A stretch of DNA of 64,000 nucleotides from Lysobacterales bacterium (GTDB taxonomy: Bacteria; Pseudomonadota; Gammaproteobacteria; Xanthomonadales; SZUA-5), in assembly GCA_022844165.1 (NCBI GenBank), contig JALHMH010000006.1, positions 20,167-84,166 on the forward strand, read 5' to 3'. The translations under genes and the position numbers were made by a program. Shown in pieces: positions 1-8,464 of the stretch (positions are counted from its first letter, which is position 1; each line of letters opens with the position of its first letter). Below the pieces are notes generated by a model. The model was not told where the DNA came from and searched no databases. It was given only the letters and a program-made list of their open reading frames with translations.

Positions 1-654
1 GGCACGGCGCTGGTGGCGCCCGAGGGCATCAACCTGTTTCTCGCCGGCGCGCCGGGCCTGCTGCGGGCAGCCATCGAAACGCTGCAATGCGACGCTCGTT
101 TCGCCGCGATGGACTGCAAGTGGAGCCAGAGCGCTTCGTTGCCGTTTCGCAAGCTGCTGGTCAAGAGCAAGCGCGAAATCATCCGCTTCGATCGACCGGA
201 AATCGACGCAACCGCACAGCGTGCGCCGGCCGTCGATCCGACCACACTCGCCCGGTGGATCGCGCAAGGCGCCGATGACGAAGGACGCGATATCGTGTTG
301 CTCGATACACGCAACCAGCAGGAGATCGAACACGGCACCTTCGCAGGTGCGATGACGCTGCCGATTTCCCGTTTCACCGAATTGCCGGCAGCGATCGAAG
401 ACCAACGCGCGGCGCTGCAGAATCGCACCATCGTCAGTTTTTGCACCGGCGGCATCCGCTGCGAAAAAGCCGCTTTGTGGATGCGCAACGCGGGTTTCGA
501 CCGGGTGCTGCAGTTGGACGGTGGAATTCTCGGCTACTTTGAGAAGGTCGGCGGGTTCGGTTACGACCGGCGCTGTTTCGTATTCGATGAGCGCGTCTCG
601 CTGGACGCGCAACTGCGGGCGATGGACGATGGTGCGCATGAGCCACCCGGTTGA
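1..654 (+). CDS. trhO: rhodanese-domain protein, TrhO/YceA (UPF0176) family; 5-prime end cut by window edge
   Basis: The frame is open from base 1. PEGIN motif near the start and the rhodanese active-site loop CTGGIRCEKA are present. Stop at 652-654. Confidence 0.75.
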   Translation, partial: GTALVAPEGINLFLAGAPGLLRAAIETLQCDARFAAMDCKWSQSASLPFRKLLVKSKREIIRFDRPEIDATAQRAPAVDPTTLARWIAQGADDEGRDIVLLDTRNQQEIEHGTFAGAMTLPISRFTELPAAIEDQRAALQNRTIVSFCTGGIRCEKAALWMRNAGFDRVLQLDGGILGYFEKVGGFGYDRRCFVFDERVSLDAQLRAMDDGAHEPPG

Positions 655-807
655 GCGCAATCCGCTGCGCGTTTGCCTTTGGCGTCGCCGCAGGTGAGTG
701 GTTAGCGTGTTGCACAGAAAAAATGCAAATTCTGTGTTGCGGCTGTCATCCAATCGTGATGGACTGCGTTTAGCCTTAAGGTTGGCCTGCAGCATAGGGT
801 TCTTGTC

Positions 808-1572
808 ATGCGCCTCGTTCTATTCGCTCTGATGTTCCTGTGTGTCGATGTCTGGGCCGCCAACTTCACCGTGGCGGTGGGCGGTAATGCAGGCCTGGTT
901 TTTACGCCACGCGATCTCGATATCCGCACTGGCGATACCGTCACCTTCACGAACGCCGGTGGTTTCCATAACGTGGTGTCGCAAGCCGCCGGTTTTCGCT
1001 GCGCGAACGGCTGCGATGGCCAGGGTGGCAACGGCGCACCATCGACGGCGCCGTGGAGCGTCACGATCACATTCAACAACCCCGGGACCTTCGATATCTT
1101 CTGCGAGCCTCACGGCTCTCCCGGCGTTGGCATGGCCGGCACCATTCGCGTGACGCAGGCAGCCACGACAACGATCGATGCCAGCTATACCGGCGCCTGG
1201 TTCGACCCGGCGCAATCCGGCCATGGCCTGCTGCTGGAAGTGCTCCCCAACAATCAGCTGTTGGCGTGGTGGTTCACCTTCTCGCCAACCGGCCAACAAG
1301 CGTGGTTCGGCGGCGTGGGACCAATCACCGGCAACACGGCAACCATCGCTGTGGCGCAAACCCAGGGCGGTCGTTTCATTCCGAACTTCAACCCGTCGCA
1401 GGTGACCAATCCACCCTGGGGCACGCTCAACTTCACCTTCACCAGCTGCAGCAGCGGACGCGTGGACTTTACGTCGACCGCCGGGTTCGGCAGCGGCACC
1501 ATGCAGTTGACTCGCCTGACGGTACCGGCCGGTATCACTTGCCCGCCACCTGCGACGACCGTGCTGCCGTGA
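808..1572 (+). CDS. secreted type-1 copper (cupredoxin/plastocyanin-like) protein with a C-terminal ~125-aa domain of unknown function
   Basis: Signal peptide MRLVLFALMFLCVDVWA. Cu-ligand pattern FHNV ... FCEPHGSPGVGM (His, Cys, His, Met). The C-terminal half, from YTGAWFDPAQSGHGLLLE, is paralogous to two domains of the FG-GAP protein at 45591-47564. Confidence 0.8.
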   Translation: MRLVLFALMFLCVDVWAANFTVAVGGNAGLVFTPRDLDIRTGDTVTFTNAGGFHNVVSQAAGFRCANGCDGQGGNGAPSTAPWSVTITFNNPGTFDIFCEPHGSPGVGMAGTIRVTQAATTTIDASYTGAWFDPAQSGHGLLLEVLPNNQLLAWWFTFSPTGQQAWFGGVGPITGNTATIAVAQTQGGRFIPNFNPSQVTNPPWGTLNFTFTSCSSGRVDFTSTAGFGSGTMQLTRLTVPAGITCPPPATTVLP

Positions 1573-2072
1573 GCGGCTGGCGCTGCGGACTGGCGTTGGC
1601 GCTGCTGGTCAGCGCCGCGCCATTGCGGGCGCTGGAGGTCGGCAGCGCGGCGCCAGCGGTCGTGGTTGCCGCGCTGAGTGGCGATAGCGAACATCGGCTG
1701 GAAGCGCTTCGCGGCAAGGTTGTGCTCGTGGACTTTTGGGCGTCGTGGTGCGCGCCCTGTTTGCATGCCTTGCCGGCATATGCCGAACTGGAAACGCAAC
1801 TGGCGTCACGCGGTTTTGTGGTGTTGGCGATCAGCGTCGATGAACAACGCGTCGACGCTGAACGTTTTTTGCAGCGGCGCCCGGTCGCCATCCGTCTGGC
1901 CCACGATCCGACGGGTACCTGGGCAAAAGCCTTCGACGTCAAAGCCATGCCATCTTCGTACTTGATCGATCGCGAAGGCGTTGTTCGCGAAGTGCATCGC
2001 GGCTACCGAGCAGCGGAACTCAGCGCATTGCGCAGCAGTATCGAAGGTCTATTGGGGAGCGCGAATGACTAG
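1569..2072 (+). CDS. TlpA-like thiol:disulfide oxidoreductase (thioredoxin fold)
   Basis: VDFWASWCAPC thioredoxin motif. The GTG at 1569 overlaps the upstream stop (GTGA). The track ORF from 1053 is an implausible N-terminal extension across the cupredoxin gene. Confidence 0.8.
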   Translation: MSGWRCGLALALLVSAAPLRALEVGSAAPAVVVAALSGDSEHRLEALRGKVVLVDFWASWCAPCLHALPAYAELETQLASRGFVVLAISVDEQRVDAERFLQRRPVAIRLAHDPTGTWAKAFDVKAMPSSYLIDREGVVREVHRGYRAAELSALRSSIEGLLGSAND

Positions 2073-2228
2073 CACATTGTTGAGAAACGCACTTCCTGCG
2101 CGTCTCTCAAGTCGCGAGTCCGGCGCATGTCCGGACTCGCTCTCCATGGATCAACCGCTTGCGTGCTCGATCCATGAGCGAACCATCCCTGGTTCGCCCC
2201 AGCAGGCCGTTTCTCAACAGCCTGCTGG
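2073..2228 (+). repeat. MITE/REP-like element, family A, copy 1 (~155 bp)
   Basis: About 90 percent identical by eye to 30924-31079. Terminal inverted repeats ttgagaaacg / cgtttctcaa. Internal hairpins gagtccgg-N7-ccggactc (2116-2138) and gaacca-N4-tggttc. Confidence 0.85.
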
Positions 2229-2439
2229 TCGCCTCGGACTTCTGCTGATCGCCGCTTTGTGCCTGAGTGCTTGCGCATCGACTCCCGTGCAATCCTGGGA
2301 ACGCGGCCGTCTGGCGAGCGTCGAAATGCAATGGGAGCCGGATCCCCTCAAATCCGCGATGCGCGAGCACACGCGCTTCAGCAAAGAAGGCAGTAGTGGC
2401 CGGCTTGGCAATGCCGGCGGTGGTTGCGGGTGTAATTAA
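2146..2439 (+). CDS. DUF4266-like small lipoprotein
   Basis: Lipobox LSAC and a C-terminal GGGCGCN tail as I recall for DUF4266. The only in-frame ATG (2146) lies inside the family A repeat, so the start is uncertain. Confidence 0.6.
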   Translation: MDQPLACSIHERTIPGSPQQAVSQQPAGRLGLLLIAALCLSACASTPVQSWERGRLASVEMQWEPDPLKSAMREHTRFSKEGSSGRLGNAGGGCGCN

Positions 2440-3611
2440 TGGCGGAGAGCGAACAACTCGGCAGCAGCGCGCGACTGTTGCGACTGATGGCCGCCGCCGC
2501 AGCGCTGCATGCGGCTGCACCCGCGGTCGCCGAAACCCGCGTCAGTGTTCGTGGCAGTGAGTATGACGAGCGGCCACTGCGCGAGGCGCCGGTCGATGGC
2601 AGCGATGAGCGCTATACCGTGCGCAAGCAGCAATTCGAGTTGAGCCACGAGCGCGACGAACGCGACGCCGTTTCGCTGCGGTTGACGCGCGAATGGATGA
2701 GCGGTTCTTCGCCATGGTTCAACGTGCCAGGCGAAAACGGCGCCGTGCAACAGGTCATGAGCGGGGCGACGATCGATGATCGGCGCGCGGAGCTGGTCGC
2801 CAGCTGGACGCGGCGCACCGACGGCCGCTCCCGCACGTTGCAGGTCAGCACATCCGACGAGAACGACTACCGCTCGCTGGCGCTGGGCTTGAGCTATGAG
2901 CGGCCCATCGACGATCGATTTACCGTCGGCTACGGCGCCGGCGTTTCCAGCGACACGATCGAACCCACCGACGCAGCATTGTTCGGCCGCGTCGAGCGCG
3001 AACGCAAACGCAGCTATTCGGCGCATGCCAGCCTGGCGCAAATTCTCGACAGCAACCGCGTCGTGCAGTGGGGGCTGAGCCTTAATCACGGCAACGGCTA
3101 TTTGTCCGATCCTTACAAGCTGTTTTTTGCCGGTGGGCGGACTCTGCCGGACACCCGTCCCGAACAGCGCACCCAGCTTTCCGCTCACACGCGTTACCGG
3201 CACAGCGTGGTGTCGCACTCGGCTGTGCTGCATGCCGACGCGCGTCTCTCGAACGACAGCTGGGGCTTGCAGTCCCTCGCGATCGAAGGCGCGTGGTATC
3301 AAAGCCTGGGCGACGATTGGCGCATCGTTCCGCAACTGCGCTACTACGAACAATCGGCCGCGAGTTTCTACGCACCGTTCAGCGCCAATATCGCCAGCGC
3401 CGGGCGCGTCCATTCGAGCGACTTCCGGCTCGGCGCCTTCGGCGCAATTTCGGGCGCCATCGACTTGCGTTGGCAGTCGCGCGATTTTGCGGTGGTATTT
3501 GGCTACGAGTACTACCGCGGCGACGAGCCGCTGTTTTTCAGCTCCGATAACGACGACCCGGCGTGGCTGACCTTCGGCCAGTGGCATGCCGGGATCGACT
3601 ATCGCTTCTGA
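2439..3611 (+). CDS. DUF3570-like putative outer-membrane beta-barrel protein
   Basis: Ala-rich signal-like N-terminus and a C-terminal aromatic end (DYRF). TAATG overlap with the upstream gene and ATGA overlap with the downstream ApbE gene. Family assigned from the remembered TlpA/DUF4266/DUF3570/ApbE synteny, not from an HMM. Confidence 0.6.
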   Translation: MAESEQLGSSARLLRLMAAAAALHAAAPAVAETRVSVRGSEYDERPLREAPVDGSDERYTVRKQQFELSHERDERDAVSLRLTREWMSGSSPWFNVPGENGAVQQVMSGATIDDRRAELVASWTRRTDGRSRTLQVSTSDENDYRSLALGLSYERPIDDRFTVGYGAGVSSDTIEPTDAALFGRVERERKRSYSAHASLAQILDSNRVVQWGLSLNHGNGYLSDPYKLFFAGGRTLPDTRPEQRTQLSAHTRYRHSVVSHSAVLHADARLSNDSWGLQSLAIEGAWYQSLGDDWRIVPQLRYYEQSAASFYAPFSANIASAGRVHSSDFRLGAFGAISGAIDLRWQSRDFAVVFGYEYYRGDEPLFFSSDNDDPAWLTFGQWHAGIDYRF

Positions 3612-4543
3612 TGCCGCTGTTGGCCTCGGCCGACTACCAGCGGGAGTTCGCGGCGATGGGTTGTCCGTGCGTTGTCGCCATCGAAGGCCTCGATGCGCGT
3701 CGCGCATCGATCGTGGCAAACATCGCGCAGCGCGAAGTCGACCGCCTCGATCGAAAGTACTCGCACTATCGTGACGACAGCGAGCTCGCACGTTGGCACG
3801 CTGCGTGGCCAAACGCTGTGTTGATCGACGACGAGTCGCAGGCGTTGCTGCAGCTGGCGGCCGTGTTGCACGCCGACAGCGGCGGCCGCTTCGATATCAC
3901 CGCCGCGCCGCTGACGCGACTCTGGGATGGCAAATGCGGCCGCATGCCGACGCCGGAGGAAATCGAAGCAGCGCGACGGCACGTTGGTTTTACGCGGCTG
4001 ATCATCGACGGCGCACGCCTGAGCCTGCCCAGCGCCGAGGCGCGCATCGAGTTCGGCGGACTGGTCAAAGAATACGCTGCCGATCGCGCCGCCGAACTCT
4101 GTCGCCAAGCCGGCGCACATCACGGCATTGTCGATCTGGGCGGCGATATTGCCGTCATCGGTCCGCACGCCGATGGCGCTCCCTGGCGAATCGGCATTCG
4201 CAATCCCAACGCGCCTGCGGCGGCCATCGCCGATATCGAACTCGCCAGCGGTGGCCTCGCCACCAGCGGCGATTACGAGCGCTGCTTAGTCGTTGACGGC
4301 AAACGCTATTCGCACATCGTCGACCCCACCAGCGGCTGGCCCGTCGCCGGTTTCAGCTCCGTCAGCGTCAGCGCCCCCAGCACCCTCATCGCCGGCGCCG
4401 CCTGCACCACCGCCATGCTGCTCGGCCTGAAAGCCGGCAGCGCATACCTCAACGAACTCGCGCTACCGTGGGTCGCGGTGGGTGTGGATGGTGAGGTGTC
4501 GCGGACGGCCTGGGGCGATCGGATATCGTCGCGAACGAAGTAG
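3611..4543 (+). CDS. apbE: FAD:protein FMN transferase (ApbE family)
   Basis: ApbE-like segments FDITAAPL, DLGGDIAVIG, ATSGDYER and YSHIVDPTSGWP. The ATG at 3611 overlaps the upstream stop. Confidence 0.85.
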   Translation: MPLLASADYQREFAAMGCPCVVAIEGLDARRASIVANIAQREVDRLDRKYSHYRDDSELARWHAAWPNAVLIDDESQALLQLAAVLHADSGGRFDITAAPLTRLWDGKCGRMPTPEEIEAARRHVGFTRLIIDGARLSLPSAEARIEFGGLVKEYAADRAAELCRQAGAHHGIVDLGGDIAVIGPHADGAPWRIGIRNPNAPAAAIADIELASGGLATSGDYERCLVVDGKRYSHIVDPTSGWPVAGFSSVSVSAPSTLIAGAACTTAMLLGLKAGSAYLNELALPWVAVGVDGEVSRTAWGDRISSRTK

Positions 4544-5010
4544 TCTGCACACCTGATAGGCAAGGACGTCGGCAAGGACTTTGTCTTCTACGACGAGTGG
4601 CACCCCTCAATCAAGGGCGTTGGATCCGTGGAGCGGTTACGGAGCGTCTACCTCAACTCACCGCTGGTTGTCGTTTGCCTTTCACGCGACTACGCCGTCA
4701 AGCTTTTCCTGCAACGAAAAAGGCAAGTGATCTTGGATCGACGCACGAGATTTCAGAGCGCGAACGGCGGCACCCTTGTCGACTATCACCACGAGTATCA
4801 ACTGCGATTCGACGACTGTGATGTAGATGGATATTCGCTCGACGATATCTACGTCAGCCCAAATGAGCACAGTGCTTCTGCTATTGCCGACGAGATTCTT
4901 GAGAAGCTCAAGAGAGCCGAGCAGTCCAGGTGCGACACCGTCTGCATTTCAACCACACTAAGCGCAGCTGCAGGTCGCGAAATGACGCATCGACCAAGTT
5001 GCTTTCTTTC
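4544..5010 (+). pseudogene. orphan ORF fragment in a locally lower-GC patch, with no canonical start and no stop before it runs into the vapBC genes
   Basis: The frame is open from the stop at 4541-4543 (..IGKDVGKDFVFYDEWHPSIKG..) with only a GTG at 4628. It continues antisense through vapC/antitoxin to 5548. Composition is visibly more AT-rich than the flanks. Confidence 0.25.
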
Positions 5011-5013
5011 GCC

Positions 5014-5403
5014 CTACCAGCAGATCGACATCCCGTACTCTCTGAAGATCGGGTCGCAAGTGACGATCTGCGCTTTTTCCAGCTCGGCTTGTGCCATCAA
5101 CATCCGATCGAAGGGGTCGCGATGCGGGCCGGGTAATCGGCCTGCGGCCAATGCGTGTTCGAGTTTCATTGGCAGCGGCTCGAAGCGCTCGGCGCGTAAG
5201 AGACGTGGCAGTTCGCGAACCAGATACTCGGCTTCGGGCAGTTTTCCAAGGCGGTGTTTAGTGGCGATCTCCCATGCCGATGCGGCGCTGACGAGGATGC
5301 GATGCGTGCCCTCGCCAATGGCCTCGCGCGCCGTTTTGCTGAGTTCGGCGCCATCGAGCAACCACCAGAGGAGAGCATGCGTGTCGAGGAGCAGCGTTTT
5401 CAT
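5014..5403 (-). CDS. vapC: type II toxin, PIN-domain ribonuclease (VapC family)
   Basis: 129 aa. LLDTHALLWW N-terminal PIN signature with later acidic residues (DPFDR). 4-nt overlap with the upstream antitoxin gene. Confidence 0.85.
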   Translation of the reverse strand: MKTLLLDTHALLWWLLDGAELSKTAREAIGEGTHRILVSAASAWEIATKHRLGKLPEAEYLVRELPRLLRAERFEPLPMKLEHALAAGRLPGPHRDPFDRMLMAQAELEKAQIVTCDPIFREYGMSICW

Positions 5404-5624
5404 TGCCCGAACGCATCCAACTCGGTATCAGGCAATGGCTCAAAGAACGCCGGGCCGATTTTGGCCTTGCCTTTCGCTGCGCCTGGCACACGCGCAGGAA
5501 GTGCCACGGGTACCAGTCGCACAACGGGCTTTCCGGCTTTGGCAATAAGAACCTCTTCTCCCAAAAGCGCGGCGTCCAGCAGTCGGGACAGTTGCGCCTT
5601 TGCATCTTGAACGTTGACTTGCAT
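5400..5624 (-). CDS. type II antitoxin (Phd/YefM, prevent-host-death-like)
   Basis: 74 aa. MQVNVQDAKAQLSRLLD..GEEVLIAKAGKPVVRLVP is the typical antitoxin N-terminal fold pattern. Translationally coupled to vapC. Confidence 0.8.
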   Translation of the reverse strand: MQVNVQDAKAQLSRLLDAALLGEEVLIAKAGKPVVRLVPVALPARVPGAAKGKAKIGPAFFEPLPDTELDAFGQ

Positions 5625-5695
5625 GACCTTGAACCATTCTGATTGGACCAGACCATTCTAGCAGACCAAGCATCGAAACTCGCGCGGCAGCTGCG

Positions 5696-6379
5696 TCAAT
5701 CTGCGGATCTTCGCCCCTGCTCTCGCGCAAACACATACGGCATCGTCGGCGGTACGCGGAACGCGTAGGCGCCAGATTCCAGGCGGCCGGATTCCTGATA
5801 GTTGAGCGCTGCGCCGACGCGTTCGACGCGGGCGTCGATGCCCATTTTGCGCCCGGACGCGGCGATGAGGGTGCAGTCGCTGGCGCTGATCTCGCCACGC
5901 CAACCGGAGTCGGTGGGCACAAAGCGCAGGGCGCACGCGGGGCCGTAGCCGCGCAGGTGGGTAGGGTCCAAACTGGCGAAAGCGGCGGGATCGTGGCTCT
6001 TGCCGGCGTAGGGCGCGCCGTCGATGAAGGCGTAGAAATCCATGCGCAGCTCGCCTTCGCGCTCGTGGAAGCTCCAGATGCGCTGGCGGCTGATGTCGCC
6101 GCTGGCGTCGGCTTTGCGCCACTCCAGGTACAGCACCGTATCGCCAAGCGCGGGTGCCCTGACGCGGGTAAAACGCGCGTGCTGGTGATCGAGCCATTCG
6201 CCATCAATCGCGGGTGGCACTTTGAGCGTCGGGTCAGCCGCGGCGTATTGCGCGCGGTTGCTCCACACATCGGCGAGATCGTTGGCGACGAGTTCCGCGC
6301 TCAGCGTCGAGGACTCCGGCGGCGCGTTGGCGCAGGCGGAGAGGGTGGCGATCAACGAAGCGAGCAGGACCAGGCGCAT
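5696..6379 (-). CDS. lipoprotein with CpcT/CpeT-like (DUF1001) domain
   Basis: Lipobox LSAC. WSNRAQY motif resembling the FSNxxQ motif of CpcT/CpeT-family proteins. Family call is from memory. Confidence 0.55.
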   Translation of the reverse strand: MRLVLLASLIATLSACANAPPESSTLSAELVANDLADVWSNRAQYAAADPTLKVPPAIDGEWLDHQHARFTRVRAPALGDTVLYLEWRKADASGDISRQRIWSFHEREGELRMDFYAFIDGAPYAGKSHDPAAFASLDPTHLRGYGPACALRFVPTDSGWRGEISASDCTLIAASGRKMGIDARVERVGAALNYQESGRLESGAYAFRVPPTMPYVFAREQGRRSAD

Positions 6380-6462
6380 GGGTGACCGTCTATGAGCGAC
6401 TGAACAGTATCGCTTTCCACTTCCCGAGTAAACTCGACCGCGGCGTTGTTGCCCCAGATTCG

Positions 6463-6573
6463 CGCGTGCGCGCCGGTTTCGAGGCGCCCGGTTTCTTGGT
6501 AGTAGAGCGCTGCGCCGATGCGCTCGACGCGGGCGTCGATGCCCATTTTGCGGCCGGACGCGGCGCTAAGGGT
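6463..6573 (-). pseudogene. duplicated C-terminal fragment of the neighbouring CpcT-like gene
   Basis: TLSAASGRKMGIDARVERIGAALYYQETGRLETGAHA compares with TLIAASGRKMGIDARVERVGAALNYQESGRLESGAYA in the gene at 5696-6379. Nucleotide similarity is evident (6520-6590 vs 5810-5880). No start and no N-terminal part. Confidence 0.75.
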
Positions 6574-6620
6574 GCGCCTGAGCGCGCCGAGAGCGAACAG
6601 GCTTCGGCGGCGAGGCGTGG

Positions 6621-7391
6621 CTACATCTGCCGGAACAGGTGCAGGTAGCTGCGGCTGACCGGCAACACATCGTTGCGGTCCTTCAGGTGGATGTCTGCGG
6701 TCTCGTGATCGCCACGAACAACATGCCGGATGGAACGCAAATTCACGACGACCGAACGATGCACCTGCACGAAGACGTTGGCATCGAGTTGTTGCAGCAG
6801 TTCTTTGAGCGGCGTCCGAATGAGCGCCGCGCCGGGTTGACCGGCGTCGCCGCGCCACGCGATGCGTGTGTACTTTTCGTCTGAGCGCAGGTAGTCGATG
6901 TCCTCCACCGCAATCAAGCGCACCGTTTGTCCAAGCGAGGCGCGTATCCAGCGCAGCGCCGACTTTTGCCCAAGGCGTGCGGCGATTTGCTCGATCAGCG
7001 CCTCGGTATCGGCCGCCGGCTGCTGGGCGCGCAATCGCTCCTGCAGCCGGGTGATGGTATCGGTCAGCCGTTCGAGTTCGACGGGCTTGACCAGATAGTC
7101 GATTGCTCCCTGTTCGAATGCCTGCAGCGCATATTGGTTGTAGGCCGTGACAAACACCAGATGCGCGCGCCGACCGATGTAGCGTGCCGCCTCAACGCCG
7201 GACACGCCAGGCATATGCACATCGAGAAAGCAGATAGCAGGATGTTTCGCCTCGAACTGCTCCACCGCTTCGCGGCCGTTGCGTGCCTGCGCGACGATCT
7301 CGAGTTCCGGCCACACCTGCGTCAGCTGCCGCACCAGCGATTTGCGCAACAGCGGTTCATCATCGGCGATGAGCGCGGTCGGTCGTTTCAT
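6621..7391 (-). CDS. LytR/AlgR-family response regulator (receiver + LytTR DNA-binding domain)
   Basis: Receiver motifs (ALIADDEPLL, FLDVHMPG) and a C-terminal LytTR-like segment (FVQVHRSVVVNL). 4-nt overlap with the kinase gene. Confidence 0.9.
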   Translation of the reverse strand: MKRPTALIADDEPLLRKSLVRQLTQVWPELEIVAQARNGREAVEQFEAKHPAICFLDVHMPGVSGVEAARYIGRRAHLVFVTAYNQYALQAFEQGAIDYLVKPVELERLTDTITRLQERLRAQQPAADTEALIEQIAARLGQKSALRWIRASLGQTVRLIAVEDIDYLRSDEKYTRIAWRGDAGQPGAALIRTPLKELLQQLDANVFVQVHRSVVVNLRSIRHVVRGDHETADIHLKDRNDVLPVSRSYLHLFRQM

Positions 7392-8464
7392 GACACCACC
7401 CGCTGAGCCGGGAATTCGGCCTGTGCGCAGACACCGTGCGGGCGCACCGGGAGCAGGTGCAGGCGTGCGTTTCCGGCGAAGGCCAGCGACAATCGCTCGC
7501 GCAGATTCGTCAGACCTGTTCCGAGGGTATCGCCATCCGGCGCGATCCCAACGCCCGTATCGAGGACTCGCACGCGGCAGTCAGCATCGTTCAGGTCGAC
7601 GTGGACGTCAATGCGTCCGCCCTCTTCGCTTGGGTCGATGCCGTGGCGGACGGCGTTTTCGACCAACGTCAGCAAGGTCGTTGAAGGGCACCGCAGGTCC
7701 AGCGTTGCGGGCTGCACGTGGAGCTCGTACTGCAATCGATCTGGCATACGCATGTGCATGACCTCAAGATAAGCGCGCACCAAATCGACCTCCTGACGCA
7801 CCGTGGTGCCGGGATCGTTCAACCGTGGAACCGCTGCACGCAGATAGGCGATCAAACTGCCGAGCACGGCGGAGGCCTGCGGCGAACCAGAGTCCACAAG
7901 CTCGCGCACGTTGGCTAAGGTGTTGAACAGAAAGTGTGGTTCGACTTGCGCCTGCAACAGTCGTATGCGGGCATCGAGCGCCTTGCGCTGGTACTCGCTG
8001 CGCTCAAGTTCGAAGGCCAGTGCCTGCTTCTCCGCCTCGCCTCTGATCTGGCGGATCAGTGCGCTGACCGTGATCCAGGGCGCAACCAACAGCGTGAAAA
8101 ACGTGAATACCCCAAAGCCTTCCAATCGGTCGGAATCGCGATACCACGGGGGGTCCAGGCCGATGGTCGTCAGCGCATAGGCACTCATGGTGGCGATCGG
8201 GATCGTCGCGACCACCGCAACCACTTGCAGCGCCCAGCGGGCGAACCATCGCGGCAGGCGCCGCGGCCAACGTTCGAACAGGGTAAACACGCTGAGCAAC
8301 AGCATGCCGATATAGATCCAGCGGGTCACCAAGACCCAGTACGGCGATTCCCAGCCGGCTGCCAACAACGCTGTCGGTACGGCCGCGGCAACCAAGACCA
8401 CGCGCAATCGTTGCCAGCGCAACAAGCGGGCGAAGAATCCGTCACTGATTTTGGCTGCGTCCAT
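7388..8464 (-). CDS. LytS/YehU-type sensor histidine kinase
   Basis: Multi-pass membrane N-terminus, the PHFLFNTLANV histidine-kinase motif, and a C-terminal HATPase segment (LVENAVRHG, DTGVG). Confidence 0.85.
   Translation of the reverse strand: MDAAKISDGFFARLLRWQRLRVVLVAAAVPTALLAAGWESPYWVLVTRWIYIGMLLLSVFTLFERWPRRLPRWFARWALQVVAVVATIPIATMSAYALTTIGLDPPWYRDSDRLEGFGVFTFFTLLVAPWITVSALIRQIRGEAEKQALAFELERSEYQRKALDARIRLLQAQVEPHFLFNTLANVRELVDSGSPQASAVLGSLIAYLRAAVPRLNDPGTTVRQEVDLVRAYLEVMHMRMPDRLQYELHVQPATLDLRCPSTTLLTLVENAVRHGIDPSEEGGRIDVHVDLNDADCRVRVLDTGVGIAPDGDTLGTGLTNLRERLSLAFAGNARLHLLPVRPHGVCAQAEFPAQRVVS

Noticed and set aside
2436-3812. 458-aa minus-strand ORF antisense to the DUF3570 and ApbE genes
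   Set aside because: Arg/Ala/Gly-rich composition typical of shadow ORFs in high-GC DNA. The plus strand carries recognisable, translationally coupled genes.
4628-5548. 306-aa plus-strand ORF taken at face value as a gene
   Set aside because: Its 3-prime two-thirds is antisense to the intact vapC/antitoxin pair. Only the 5-prime part (4544-5010) looks protein-like, so it is reported as a possible fragment.
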